Shown: positions 9,990-18,732 of the stretch, piece after piece | How positions within the stretch are numbered: position 1 is the stretch's first letter | Layout: every line of letters starts with the position of its first letter | From: an uncultured Actinomycetes bacterium | Lineage (GTDB): Bacteria > Actinomycetota > Thermoleophilia > RBG-16-64-13 | Direction: 5' to 3' | Assembly: GCA_903873715.1 (NCBI GenBank) | Contig: CAIQPS010000074.1 | Coordinates: 2,976 to 66,975 of the forward strand | Length of the DNA: 64,000 nt | The notes under the pieces: generated by a model | What the model was told of the DNA's origin: nothing | The model's input: only the letters and a program-made list of their open reading frames with translations | Databases searched by the model: none | Program-made: the position numbers and the translations under genes

Positions 9990-10020
9990 GAGGGGCGCCT
10001 TTCGGCGCCCCTCTCTTTGT
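9990..10020. terminator. Rho-independent terminator hairpin (bidirectional position)
   Basis: GAGGGGCGCC-tttc-GGCGCCCCTC 10-bp perfect stem followed by TCTTTGT. Sits between convergent genes (9710-9937 on + and 10041-11519 on -). Confidence 0.6.
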
Positions 10021-10040
10021 GCCTTCTGCCGCGGGGAGTG

Positions 10041-11519
10041 TTACGCGATGGGCAGCGGCTTGATCGCCTTGAGGCTGTCGGCGGTCATGAACGGAGCGGC
10101 GGTGTTGTCGACCGGCACTTCGTCAAAGTTGTACTTGCCACCCTGCATGAGCCACTGGGCGCCACCAAGGCCGTTGTCCCACACGTTCTTGGTCTTGTGG
10201 CCCGGGCCGGCCGGATAGTCGGCTGCGCCGGGGCCGGTGGCCTGGATCAGCGGAGCGGTGAAGTCGATCGGGCCCACGATGCTCTCGTCCATCTTCATGG
10301 TGGAGATAGCGGCGATGAGCTCGTCCTTGCTCTTCGGGTCTTTGGCGTTCTTGATGGCGTACACGGCCATCTCGCCGATGACGTAGTGGAGCAGCGGAGC
10401 GGTGGGCTGCTTGTTGACGGTCTTCTCGAAGTCGTCCGCCAGCTGCTGGCAGGTCTCGCCGCTGAGCGAGGACTTGAAGGGGAACGTGGGATGCCACCAC
10501 AGTTCCTTGAGCAGGCCGTTGGCGATGCTGCCGAGCGCGTCCACGCTGTCGGGGAACAGGAGGGCTTTACCGATCATGCAGCCCTTGACCGCCAGACCCT
10601 GCTGAGCGGCGCCTTTCCAGAAGTTGGTGAAGTCAGGCGGGATCATGTTGCCCATGATCAGCTCGCAGCCGCCCTTCTTGAAGGCGGAGATCTGCGCGGT
10701 GTAGTCCTCAGTGCCGGGCTGGAAGCGGCCGGGGTCGACCACGGTGTAGCCCTTGGTCTGCAGGAACGGCGGGACGGCGGCGCTGAAGAACAGGCCGTCG
10801 GCCGTGTTGTCGAACATGGCCCCGACTTTTTTGTTGGTCGGGATCTTGTCGTAGCAGGCCCAGAGCTCGGTGATCCAGTCTTCGCCGCCGAAGAACACGT
10901 GGTAGGACCACTTGTACTCTTTGTTCTCGCCCAGATAGGTCTGCCACGGGCAGTCGGTGGAGACCACCGGGGTGCCGTTGGCTTCGCACTGGTCGACGAC
11001 CGGCTTGACGGTATCCGGGGTGGAGGCCACCATCATCATGTCCACGCCGGTGTTGTTGATGAGGTCACCGGCCACCTGAGCGGCGCGGTTGGAGTCGGAC
11101 TGGCTGTCCTGTACCTCGAAGCTGACGGCATGTTTCTTGCCGTCGCCGCCGACGACGCCGTCGCCGATAGCGGCTTTCCATTTGTCCACGCAGAACTGGT
11201 CCGGCACACCAAAAGAGGCCAGCGGGCCGGTGAGCGGGGTGACGAAGCCGATCTTGACCGGTTCGCCGGCTTCCGGGGCGGCGGAGACGGACGTGGTGGT
11301 CTCCGCGGGTGCGGTGGTGTCGGTGGACGCCGCGCCTGTGGTCTCGGTGGATGCCGGGGCCGCAGTGGTGGTGGTGCTCTCTTCGGTGCTGCCGCAGGCG
11401 GCGAGGATGCCGCCCAGACCGCCGGCCACACCGATGGTCGCGCCGGTGACGCCCGCGATCTTAAGGAAATCGCGGCGGCTGACGCTCTTGTCGGTCAGCT
11501 TTTCGAACTCGTCTGACAT
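10041..11519 (-). CDS. ABC transporter substrate-binding protein (periplasmic binding protein type I, Liv/amide family), orphan
   Basis: Start at MSDEFEKL... preceded by a GGGAGG RBS. Twin-arginine-like SRRDFLKIAG followed by lipobox LAACGS, a Thr/Ser/Ala-rich linker, then the binding-protein fold. No permease or ATPase genes adjacent. Confidence 0.8.
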   Translation of the reverse strand: MSDEFEKLTDKSVSRRDFLKIAGVTGATIGVAGGLGGILAACGSTEESTTTTAAPASTETTGAASTDTTAPAETTTSVSAAPEAGEPVKIGFVTPLTGPLASFGVPDQFCVDKWKAAIGDGVVGGDGKKHAVSFEVQDSQSDSNRAAQVAGDLINNTGVDMMMVASTPDTVKPVVDQCEANGTPVVSTDCPWQTYLGENKEYKWSYHVFFGGEDWITELWACYDKIPTNKKVGAMFDNTADGLFFSAAVPPFLQTKGYTVVDPGRFQPGTEDYTAQISAFKKGGCELIMGNMIPPDFTNFWKGAAQQGLAVKGCMIGKALLFPDSVDALGSIANGLLKELWWHPTFPFKSSLSGETCQQLADDFEKTVNKQPTAPLLHYVIGEMAVYAIKNAKDPKSKDELIAAISTMKMDESIVGPIDFTAPLIQATGPGAADYPAGPGHKTKNVWDNGLGGAQWLMQGGKYNFDEVPVDNTAAPFMTADSLKAIKPLPIA

Positions 11520-11691
11520 TGCTTCAGAACCTCCCTCGTCGTTACTTGCAGCCCTCTTAGCCGCATGCCGCAGACCGGCGGCGATGCTTCTCGCGGCTGT
11601 TGAGTGAGTGGCCACTTACAAATGTTACGCCGTGCTCGTAGGAAAAAAAATCGTGAGCGAAGTAGTTCGGTTTCGCCGGCGGGCCGGCGCC

Positions 11692-12714
11692 CTAGCTTCG
11701 GCGGGCCCCGGCGCGCTTCTGACCGAGCAGATATCCCTCGATCCCGGCGCGCAGGCGCGAGTCGAGCAGATAGAGCAGCGCTGCGAACGCGAGCGTGAGG
11801 ACGAAGCCCGAGACGACCATCAGAACCAACGGCGATGAGATGTTCGTGAGGGCGGTGAGCGAGCGGTTGATGAAGTAGAACTGCAGGATGTAGAACTCGT
11901 AGCTCACCAGGGCGAACAGACCCACCGGGCGGGCGATCCAGCGCGGCAGCCGGCTACCGGCGGCGAAGAACAGGGGCATGAACGCCAACGGCCAGAAGGG
12001 GAACAGCAGCAGGCGGATCCAATGCGGGATGACGCCCCACGTGGCCAGGCCGCAGATCACCAGGAGGGCCGCTGCGGCGACGCCGCACATCCAGGCCGGC
12101 CGCCGGAGCAGGGCCTCGAGCCGGCCGCTCACCGCCAGATAGGCCCCGATGCAGAAGGCGATCACCACGTTCCAGTTCTCGTCGGTGTAGAAGACCCGGT
12201 TCGCGGCGATGCAGGCCGCCACTATCACGATGAGGTGCGCCAGCCCCCACCGGTGCTGGAACAAGCGGCGCAGGAGCGGGAGCAGCAGGTACATCGCCAG
12301 GATGGCGGTGACGAACCAGTGGCCTCCGCCGGTGGACCCGGTGTGCGGCACCCCCAGGAGCCCGATGAAGCCGGTGAGACCGAGGAGGTCGAGGACGGTG
12401 TGCCGGGTCACGTCGGCCGTGCCGATGATGGCCTGCACGCCCAGAGCCACCGCCAGGCAGACGATGAGCGGCACGTATATCCGCACGAACCTGCGCACCA
12501 GGAAGGTCCCGGAGTCGCGGGTGTCGCCCGCCAGGAGGGCGGCGCTCCCGAACCCGAGCAGGGACATGGTGAGACCGGGGGAGAGTGTCGCCAGCCCGCG
12601 GTCGAGCCAGTGGACGTTCGTGTGGAAGATGATCGTGTGTCCGAGGAACGTGAACAGGATGGCGAACGACCGCGCGAGGTCGTAGCCGGTGATGCGCTGG
12701 CGCTTGCTGTCGAT
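11692..12714 (-). CDS. Acyltransferase family 3 (OafA/YrhL-like) membrane protein; N-terminus lacks a canonical start codon
   Basis: The ORF-track entry 11692-12567 begins at the first ATG but lacks the family N-terminus. The same frame continues upstream, without a stop, through ...IDSKRQRITGYDLARSFAILFTFLGHTIIFH, the conserved acyltransferase-3 N-terminal motif, up to a TGA at about 12756. No ATG/GTG/TTG lies between that stop and the motif. An ATC at 12712-12714 sits where a start Met would be expected. Confidence 0.6.
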   Translation of the reverse strand: MDSKRQRITGYDLARSFAILFTFLGHTIIFHTNVHWLDRGLATLSPGLTMSLLGFGSAALLAGDTRDSGTFLVRRFVRIYVPLIVCLAVALGVQAIIGTADVTRHTVLDLLGLTGFIGLLGVPHTGSTGGGHWFVTAILAMYLLLPLLRRLFQHRWGLAHLIVIVAACIAANRVFYTDENWNVVIAFCIGAYLAVSGRLEALLRRPAWMCGVAAAALLVICGLATWGVIPHWIRLLLFPFWPLAFMPLFFAAGSRLPRWIARPVGLFALVSYEFYILQFYFINRSLTALTNISSPLVLMVVSGFVLTLAFAALLYLLDSRLRAGIEGYLLGQKRAGARRS

Positions 12715-12933
12715 GGGAGGCCCTTCCTGGGACGTGCGTTCCGGTGGCGACGATCGTCACAGACACTAACCACGGAGTCCCCGGGCGTCAAGGGAGAAGC
12801 CTGAGCCGCGGGTGGTGCGGCGCCTGTCGTGCGAGGTCCTCCTAGCGGCCCCCCGTCTTCGCCGCTAAGATGGTGTCTCGTGCCGGGCCTTCCGCCCCGC
12901 ATGTCTGCCGATCCCGCGTGGAGGTTGATATCG

Positions 12934-13611
12934 ATGCCCGTGTTCGACCCAGAGATAGTCCACGAATGCTCCATGGAATGCCTGGGCGCGCCCAAGCCGG
13001 AGATGTTCGACATCTTCGCCCGGTCGCTCGCCAAGCACTATCCCGGGGTCCTGGACTTCGACCAACCGTGGGTGTACAGCATCGCCGGCGGGGCGATGAT
13101 CCAGATGAAGCTCTACTACGCCTCGGCGACCGAGTACATCATGATCTGGGGGACGCCCATCGGGTCGGAGGGGCACTCGGGACGGCACTTCACCGGCTTC
13201 TGGGATACCGTCATCGACGGTGAGATGTGGTACTACGGCGAGGGCGAGTTCGAGAAGAAAGTCTACAAACCGGGTGACCGCGTCTACGTGGGCCCCGGCC
13301 AGGCCCGGGCGATGAACTTCACCGACGGCGTGTGGGCCGTCGAGTACGCGCGGGGCTTCATCCCCGCCAGCGTGCCCTTCGGCATCATGTCCGAGATCGT
13401 CGTCTGCTGGGACTTCCTCACGGCCGGCCAGACCCTCACCCTGTACGCCGACCTGATGTCGCAGTCGATAGGCCAGAAGTACCCGCAGGTGAAGCCGATC
13501 ACCGACACCATCAGCCGGCTGGCCGGCAAAGCGACCAAAGCGCTGGTGCCCGCGCCCGAGGTGAGCCGCATCCCGCAGAAGAACATCCGCTGGTTCCAGC
13601 GGAACACGTGA
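12934..13611 (+). CDS. ERG2/sigma-1 receptor family protein (bacterial homologue of C-8 sterol isomerase/sigma-1 receptor)
   Basis: EYIMIWGTPIGSEGHSGRHFTGFWDTVIDGEMWYYGEGEFEKKVYKPGDRVYVGPGQARAMNFTDGVWAVEYARGFIPASVPFG closely parallels the sigma-1 receptor/ERG2 cupin-like core. Start at ATG 12934 with a GGAGG 11 nt upstream; an alternative ATG lies at 12901, and the ORF-track start at 12829 is unlikely. Confidence 0.7.
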   Translation: MPVFDPEIVHECSMECLGAPKPEMFDIFARSLAKHYPGVLDFDQPWVYSIAGGAMIQMKLYYASATEYIMIWGTPIGSEGHSGRHFTGFWDTVIDGEMWYYGEGEFEKKVYKPGDRVYVGPGQARAMNFTDGVWAVEYARGFIPASVPFGIMSEIVVCWDFLTAGQTLTLYADLMSQSIGQKYPQVKPITDTISRLAGKATKALVPAPEVSRIPQKNIRWFQRNT

Positions 13612-13645
13612 GCCGAAGGAGCGACTCATAGCCCGCGCCTTCCGC

Positions 13646-14398
13646 ATGATCGCCTCCGGCCACGACGAGGCGCATGAATTCCGGTCCGGCCTCCTCAGGA
13701 CGATGCCCGTGGTCATCGGCGTCATACCCTTCGGGCTCGCCTACGGGGTCGTCGCCGTGCAGGCCGGGCTCTCCATAGGCGAGACGATGCTCATGTCGCT
13801 CGTCGTGTTCGCCGGGGCGTCGCAGTTCATGGCGGCCGGGATGTTCCAGGCCGGCGCGGGCGGGCCGTGGATCGTGTTCTCCACGCTCCTCATCAACCTC
13901 CGCCATCTGGTGATGGGTCTCTCTCTGTCGAGCTACTTCCCGGACGAGAAGAACGGATGGCGGCGTGCTCTCGCCTTCGGGATGGCGGACGAGTGCTATC
14001 TCGTGAGCGTCGTCCACTTCCGCGAGCAGACGGAGCCGCTCGGCAGGAGACAGTTCCTGCTCGCCTCGGCGCTGCTCATGTACGTCGTCTGGGCCGCGTC
14101 CTCGCTCGTGGGCGCCGTGGCCGGCCATTCGATCTCCGACCCGCTTGCGTGGGGATTGGATTTCGCCATGCCGGCGACGTTCCTCACTCTCTTGTTGCCC
14201 CAGGTGGTCTCGCTACGGCTGTTCGTCGTCACCGTGGTGGCCGGCGCGGCCGCCACCGCGTCCTATCTGCTCATCCCGGGCAAGTGGTACATCCTCATCG
14301 CCGTCGCGGCGGGTATGGCGGCCGGATTGGCTCTCGAAGGCCGCGATGGGCTCGAGGCCGGCGGCGAAGCCGGCGCGGACGGTGGGGCTGCCGCATGA
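13646..14398 (+). CDS. azlC: AzlC family branched-chain amino acid exporter permease
   Basis: Multi-TM protein with GASQF motif (VVFAGASQFMAAG). Stop overlaps the azlD start (ATGA). Confidence 0.85.
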   Translation: MIASGHDEAHEFRSGLLRTMPVVIGVIPFGLAYGVVAVQAGLSIGETMLMSLVVFAGASQFMAAGMFQAGAGGPWIVFSTLLINLRHLVMGLSLSSYFPDEKNGWRRALAFGMADECYLVSVVHFREQTEPLGRRQFLLASALLMYVVWAASSLVGAVAGHSISDPLAWGLDFAMPATFLTLLLPQVVSLRLFVVTVVAGAAATASYLLIPGKWYILIAVAAGMAAGLALEGRDGLEAGGEAGADGGAAA

Positions 14399-14718
14399 AC
14401 CCTTACCACGTCGCGATCATCGTCTGCATGGGGGTGGTGACCTACGCCACCCGGGTCGGCTTCTTTGGGTTGGCCGGCGCGGTCCGCCTCCATCCGATGC
14501 TGCGCCGCATGCTCGAGTACGTGCCTCTCTCCATCCTCGCGGCCCTGCTCTTCCCCGGGGTGTTGGCTCCCGCGGGCAGGCTCGAGTCGCCGGTCACGAA
14601 CATCTACCTGTGGGCGGCGGTGATCACCTCGGTGGTGCTCGTGCTCGTCCGGCGCCCGTGGGCGGCCATCATCGTGGGTGTGGCGGTCATGCTGGTGCTG
14701 CGCCGGCTCGTCGGGTGA
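14395..14718 (+). CDS. azlD: AzlD branched-chain amino acid transport protein
   Basis: 107-aa four-TM protein starting MNPYHVAIIVCMGVVTYATRV, typical of AzlD. It is embedded in a longer spurious ORF in the track. Confidence 0.8.
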   Translation: MNPYHVAIIVCMGVVTYATRVGFFGLAGAVRLHPMLRRMLEYVPLSILAALLFPGVLAPAGRLESPVTNIYLWAAVITSVVLVLVRRPWAAIIVGVAVMLVLRRLVG

Positions 14719-14803
14719 AAGGGTGGGCGGCGCGGAGGGTGAAAGGGTGGGCGGCGCGTAGGGGCGTCGCCTTGGAGGGGATCCGCTCCTCCTAGTCGGC
14801 CCG

Positions 14804-16078
14804 TCACTCGCCCGCGTGGCTCTCCGAGCGGTCCTGAACGGTGACAGCCACGGGCACGGGTGCGGGCATCGGTCCGGCCGCGGCCGCAGCCTCGGCCCGT
14901 CCGGCCTCCAGCCGTTTCCGGCCCACCTGGAGCACCAGCATCGTCGTGATGCCCGCTATCAGACCCCAGAACGCCGATCCGATACTCGCGAGGGTGAGTC
15001 CCGAGGCCGTCACGAGGAAGGTGACGATCGCAGCCTCGCGTTGCTTCTCGTCCCGTACCGCCGCCGCGAGGCCGCTGCCTATCGTGGGAAGGAGGGCCAG
15101 CCCGGCGAGGGCGAGGACCATCTCCTTCGGGAAGAGAGCGAGAAGAGCGGCGACGCTCGCGCCGAACAGACCCACGACCAGATAGAAGAAGCCCGCGCAC
15201 ACGGCCGCGGTGTAACGCTTCTTGGGGTCGTGGTGCGCTTCGGGGGATAGGACGATGCCCGCGGTGATGGCGGCGAGGTTGACGGTGTAGGCGCCGAACG
15301 GCGCGACCACCAGGGCTGTGGCCCCGGTCCAGATCATGAGCGGCGAGATGGCCGGCTTGTAGCCGGACGCCCGGATCATCGCGACGCCGGGGACGTTCTG
15401 CGAAGCCATGGTAACCAGGAAGAGGGGCAGGGCCACGCTGAAGAACGACCCCACCGAGAGGCTGGGTAAGGTGAGCACCGGCCTGGCCGGCTTGAGGTGC
15501 AGTCCGCCGAGATGAAGGCTGCCCTGGGCCGCCACGACGACGACCGCCGCCACCAGCACCAGGACGACGGCATACCGCGGTAGCCAGCGGCGGGCTGCCA
15601 GGTAGACGCCGAACATGACGAGTACGAGCACCAGTTGCGTCTGCATGGACCCGAAGGCCTGCATGCCGAAGCGGAGCAGGACACCGGCCAGCATGGCCGC
15701 AGCCACCGCGCCGGGGACGCGGTTCATGGCCCGGTCGAACCAGCCGGTCACGCCCACGATGACGATGAGGGCCGCACAGACCATGAAGGCGCCCACGGCC
15801 TGCGGCATGGACACCCCGGCGACACTCGTGACCAGCATGGCCGCGCCGGGCGTCGACCAGGCCGTCAGCACCGGGATCTTGTAGTAGAGCGAGAAGACGA
15901 TGGAGGTGACGCCCATGCACAGGCAGAGCGTCATCATCCACGACGAGATCTCGGCAGGGGAGGCGTGCAGAGCGGTCGCCGCCTGGAACACGATCACGGC
16001 GGATGCCGTGATGCCCACGAGCACGGCCACGAAGCCGGCCGCTACCGAAGATATGGAGAGATCGCGGAAGAACCTCAT
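14804..16078 (-). CDS. benE: Benzoate/H+ symporter BenE family transporter
   Basis: 424-aa highly hydrophobic protein with about 12 TM helices and sequence features of the BenE family (AAMLVTSVAG, GLAAITAG). Confidence 0.75.
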   Translation of the reverse strand: MRFFRDLSISSVAAGFVAVLVGITASAVIVFQAATALHASPAEISSWMMTLCLCMGVTSIVFSLYYKIPVLTAWSTPGAAMLVTSVAGVSMPQAVGAFMVCAALIVIVGVTGWFDRAMNRVPGAVAAAMLAGVLLRFGMQAFGSMQTQLVLVLVMFGVYLAARRWLPRYAVVLVLVAAVVVVAAQGSLHLGGLHLKPARPVLTLPSLSVGSFFSVALPLFLVTMASQNVPGVAMIRASGYKPAISPLMIWTGATALVVAPFGAYTVNLAAITAGIVLSPEAHHDPKKRYTAAVCAGFFYLVVGLFGASVAALLALFPKEMVLALAGLALLPTIGSGLAAAVRDEKQREAAIVTFLVTASGLTLASIGSAFWGLIAGITTMLVLQVGRKRLEAGRAEAAAAAGPMPAPVPVAVTVQDRSESHAGE

Positions 16079-16112
16079 CGGCGTGCGAGGGATGGCGGGG
16101 CCGCTCGGCGGC

Positions 16113-16865
16113 CTAGGCGCCGCCCAGGTACGCTTCCTGCACCTGCGGGTTCTTGAGCAGTTCGGAGGCTTTGTCGGCCAGGACGACCTGTCCGGTCTCG
16201 ATCACGTAGCCCCGGTTAGACACCTCGAGAGCCACGTTCGCGTTCTGTTCCACCAGGAGGATGGTCGTCCCCTGCGAGTTGATCTCCTTGATGATGTCGA
16301 AGATCTTCTCCACGAACATCGGGGCCAGGCCCATCGACGGTTCGTCCAGCATCAGCAGCTTCGGCCGGGCCATGAGCGCGCGGCCCATCGCCAGCATCTG
16401 CTGCTCGCCGCCGGAGAGCGTCCCTCCCGGTTGGGACTTGCGCTCGCTCAGCACCGGGAACAGGTGGTACACCCGTTCGAAATCGGCGCCGAGGTCCTTG
16501 TTGCTGCGGGAGAAGGCGCCCATCTCGAGGTTCTCCTTCACGGACATCCGCGGGAAGATCCGCCTGCCTTCGGGCGACTGGGAGAGGCCCAGTTTGACGA
16601 CGTCGTAGGCAGGGACGCCGCTCAGGTCGCGGCCCTCATAGACGATCCTGCCGGTCCGTGGCTTCGCGAGCCCGGAGATGGCGCTCAGGGTCGTGCTCTT
16701 GCCGGCGCCGTTCGCTCCGATGAGCGTGACGATCTCGTTCCGCATGATCTGGAGCGACACGCCTTTGAGTGCGTGCACCTGGCCGTAGTAGACGTGGATG
16801 TCCTGCACATCGAGGACGACCTCCCCGTTGGCCGGGGATTGGGAAGGGACGGTGTTGGGATCCAT
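16113..16865 (-). CDS. livF: Branched-chain amino acid ABC transporter ATP-binding protein LivF
   Basis: Walker A GANGAGKST, signature LSGGEQQ, Walker B LLMLDEP. The start ATG overlaps the livG stop. Confidence 0.85.
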   Translation of the reverse strand: MDPNTVPSQSPANGEVVLDVQDIHVYYGQVHALKGVSLQIMRNEIVTLIGANGAGKSTTLSAISGLAKPRTGRIVYEGRDLSGVPAYDVVKLGLSQSPEGRRIFPRMSVKENLEMGAFSRSNKDLGADFERVYHLFPVLSERKSQPGGTLSGGEQQMLAMGRALMARPKLLMLDEPSMGLAPMFVEKIFDIIKEINSQGTTILLVEQNANVALEVSNRGYVIETGQVVLADKASELLKNPQVQEAYLGGA

Positions 16866-17647
16866 CAGGCGCTCTTCCCGAGGTAGGCTTCGATGACTTT
16901 GGGATCTTTGCGGACGGCTTCGGGCGTGCCTTCGGCGATCTTCTCGCCGTGGTCGAGCACCACGATCCTGTCGGAGATGCCCATGACCACGCGCATGTCG
17001 TGCTCGATGAGGATGATGGTCATCCCCTCGTCGCGGATGCGGCGGATGAGTTGAGTGAGGGCGATGGTCTCCTGCGGGTTCATACCGGCCGCCGGTTCGT
17101 CGAGGAACAGGAGTTCCGGTTCGGTGGCCAGGGCCCGGGCTATCTCCAGACGCCTTTGCGAACCGTACGGCAGGTTCTTGGCCAGTTCCTGTTCGGACCC
17201 TTTGAGCCCCACGTAGGCCAGCAGTTCCAGGCACTTGTCTCGTGCCGCCTTCTCCTCGCGCACGGCTCCGCGCGTGCGGGCGAGGATCCTGAGCACGTTG
17301 GCTTGAGTGCGGCAGTGCTGTCCCACCATGACGTTCTCGAGGGCCGTCATCTCGTTGAACAGCCGGATGTTCTGGAAGGTGCGGGCGACACCCAGCTTCG
17401 TCACCTTGGACGGCAACAGGCCGGCGATCTCGTGGTCTTTGAAGCGCACCTTGCCGGACGTGGGTGGATACACCCCGGTGATGGCGTTGAACAGCGTCGT
17501 CTTGCCGGCGCCGTTCGGCCCGATGAGAGCGACGATCTCTCCGCGCTCGACGCTGAAGTCCACCTGGTTGACGGCCACGAGGCCACCGAAGCTCTTCGTG
17601 ACTTTGGAGACATCCAGGATCACGCGACTATCATTCATGGCGCACAT
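16865..17647 (-). CDS. livG: Branched-chain amino acid ABC transporter ATP-binding protein LivG
   Basis: Walker A GPNGAGKTT, Walker B LLFLDEPAAG, C-terminal LivG-type extension. Confidence 0.85.
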   Translation of the reverse strand: MCAMNDSRVILDVSKVTKSFGGLVAVNQVDFSVERGEIVALIGPNGAGKTTLFNAITGVYPPTSGKVRFKDHEIAGLLPSKVTKLGVARTFQNIRLFNEMTALENVMVGQHCRTQANVLRILARTRGAVREEKAARDKCLELLAYVGLKGSEQELAKNLPYGSQRRLEIARALATEPELLFLDEPAAGMNPQETIALTQLIRRIRDEGMTIILIEHDMRVVMGISDRIVVLDHGEKIAEGTPEAVRKDPKVIEAYLGKSA

Positions 17648-18731
17648 CGGCGAGCGCCTCCCTTTCTTGCTCCGCTTCCTTGGCCGACCCTGGCTTCATC
17701 TCGAGCGCCACCCTCCGGGAGCCGAGGATGCCCTGAGGTCGGAACACCATCAGCAGGACCAAGATCAGACCCATGGCGATGCCGCGCAGCTCGGGATGGG
17801 TCTGGACGAACGAGAAGTTGCGGAGATACTCCTGCAGCGACACCCAGATGACCGCTCCGATGACCGGTCCGGCGAGGTTGCCCATGCCGCCGAGGACCAC
17901 GAGGCTCAGGATGACGAAGGACTCCATGAGCATGAAGTCGCTGGGGTGGATGAAGTTCATGTAGTGCCCGAAGAACACGCCCATGACCCCGGCGAAGAAC
18001 GCGCCCAGTGCGTAGGAAAGCAGCTTGTAGCGGGCCGTGGGGATGCCCATGGCCTCAGCCGCCACCTCGTCCTCGCGGATGGCGGTCCACGCCCGCCCGA
18101 TCCGTGAGCGCACGACGCGGGATATCAGGAAGAGCGATACGACCCCTATCACCAGCCCCAAGAGGTAGAGGCTCTTGGTGGAGCTGAAGTGGAAGCCGAA
18201 CAACTGCGGCTGCGGTATCCCGGAGATGCCGGAAGGCCCGCGGGTGAGGCCCACCCAGTTGTTGGCGACGATCCGGATGATCTCCCCGAAGCCGAGGGTC
18301 ATGATGGCCAGGTAGTCGCCCCGAAGGCGCAGGGTCGGGTAGCCGAGTATCGCGCCGGCGCCGGCCGCGAGTAGGCCTCCCACGAGGAGGTTCACCCACA
18401 TCAGCCACCAGTAGGCGTCGATGTCCACGCCGAAGCCCATCTTGAGGACCTTGATGAAGATGATGGCGCTGTAGTAGCCGCCGATGGCGAAGAAGGCCAC
18501 ATATCCCAGGTCCAGAAGACCCGTGAACCCGACCACGATATTCAGGCCGCTGGCCAGCACCACGTAGATGATCACGATGGTGAGCAGCGTGGTCCACCGG
18601 TCGGAATGGATGATGAACGGCAGGGCTATGGCTATAGCCAGGATGACGCCCATGAGCGCCCGCTGGACGCTCGTCGGCGTGTCGCCGGTGAGCACCTTGG
18701 CTACGGGGTTGAGCTTGCCTCCGGTCTTCAT
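17631..18731 (-). CDS. livM: Branched-chain amino acid ABC transporter permease LivM
   Basis: 366-aa polytopic membrane protein of the LivM family. Overlaps livG by 17 nt. Confidence 0.85.
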   Translation of the reverse strand: MKTGGKLNPVAKVLTGDTPTSVQRALMGVILAIAIALPFIIHSDRWTTLLTIVIIYVVLASGLNIVVGFTGLLDLGYVAFFAIGGYYSAIIFIKVLKMGFGVDIDAYWWLMWVNLLVGGLLAAGAGAILGYPTLRLRGDYLAIMTLGFGEIIRIVANNWVGLTRGPSGISGIPQPQLFGFHFSSTKSLYLLGLVIGVVSLFLISRVVRSRIGRAWTAIREDEVAAEAMGIPTARYKLLSYALGAFFAGVMGVFFGHYMNFIHPSDFMLMESFVILSLVVLGGMGNLAGPVIGAVIWVSLQEYLRNFSFVQTHPELRGIAMGLILVLLMVFRPQGILGSRRVALEMKPGSAKEAEQEREALADVRHE

Positions 18732-18732
18732 G

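Noticed and set aside
11954-13034. ORFs 11954-12766 and 12408-13034 (minus) as N-terminal parts of the acyltransferase or separate genes
   Set aside because: Both are alternative frames with Arg/Pro/Ser-rich low-complexity translations. The genuine acyltransferase N-terminal motif is in the same frame as 11692-12567.
14604-15941. 445-aa minus-strand ORF overlapping benE in another frame
   Set aside because: Arg/Gly/Pro-rich. BenE's hydrophobic frame is clearly the coding one.
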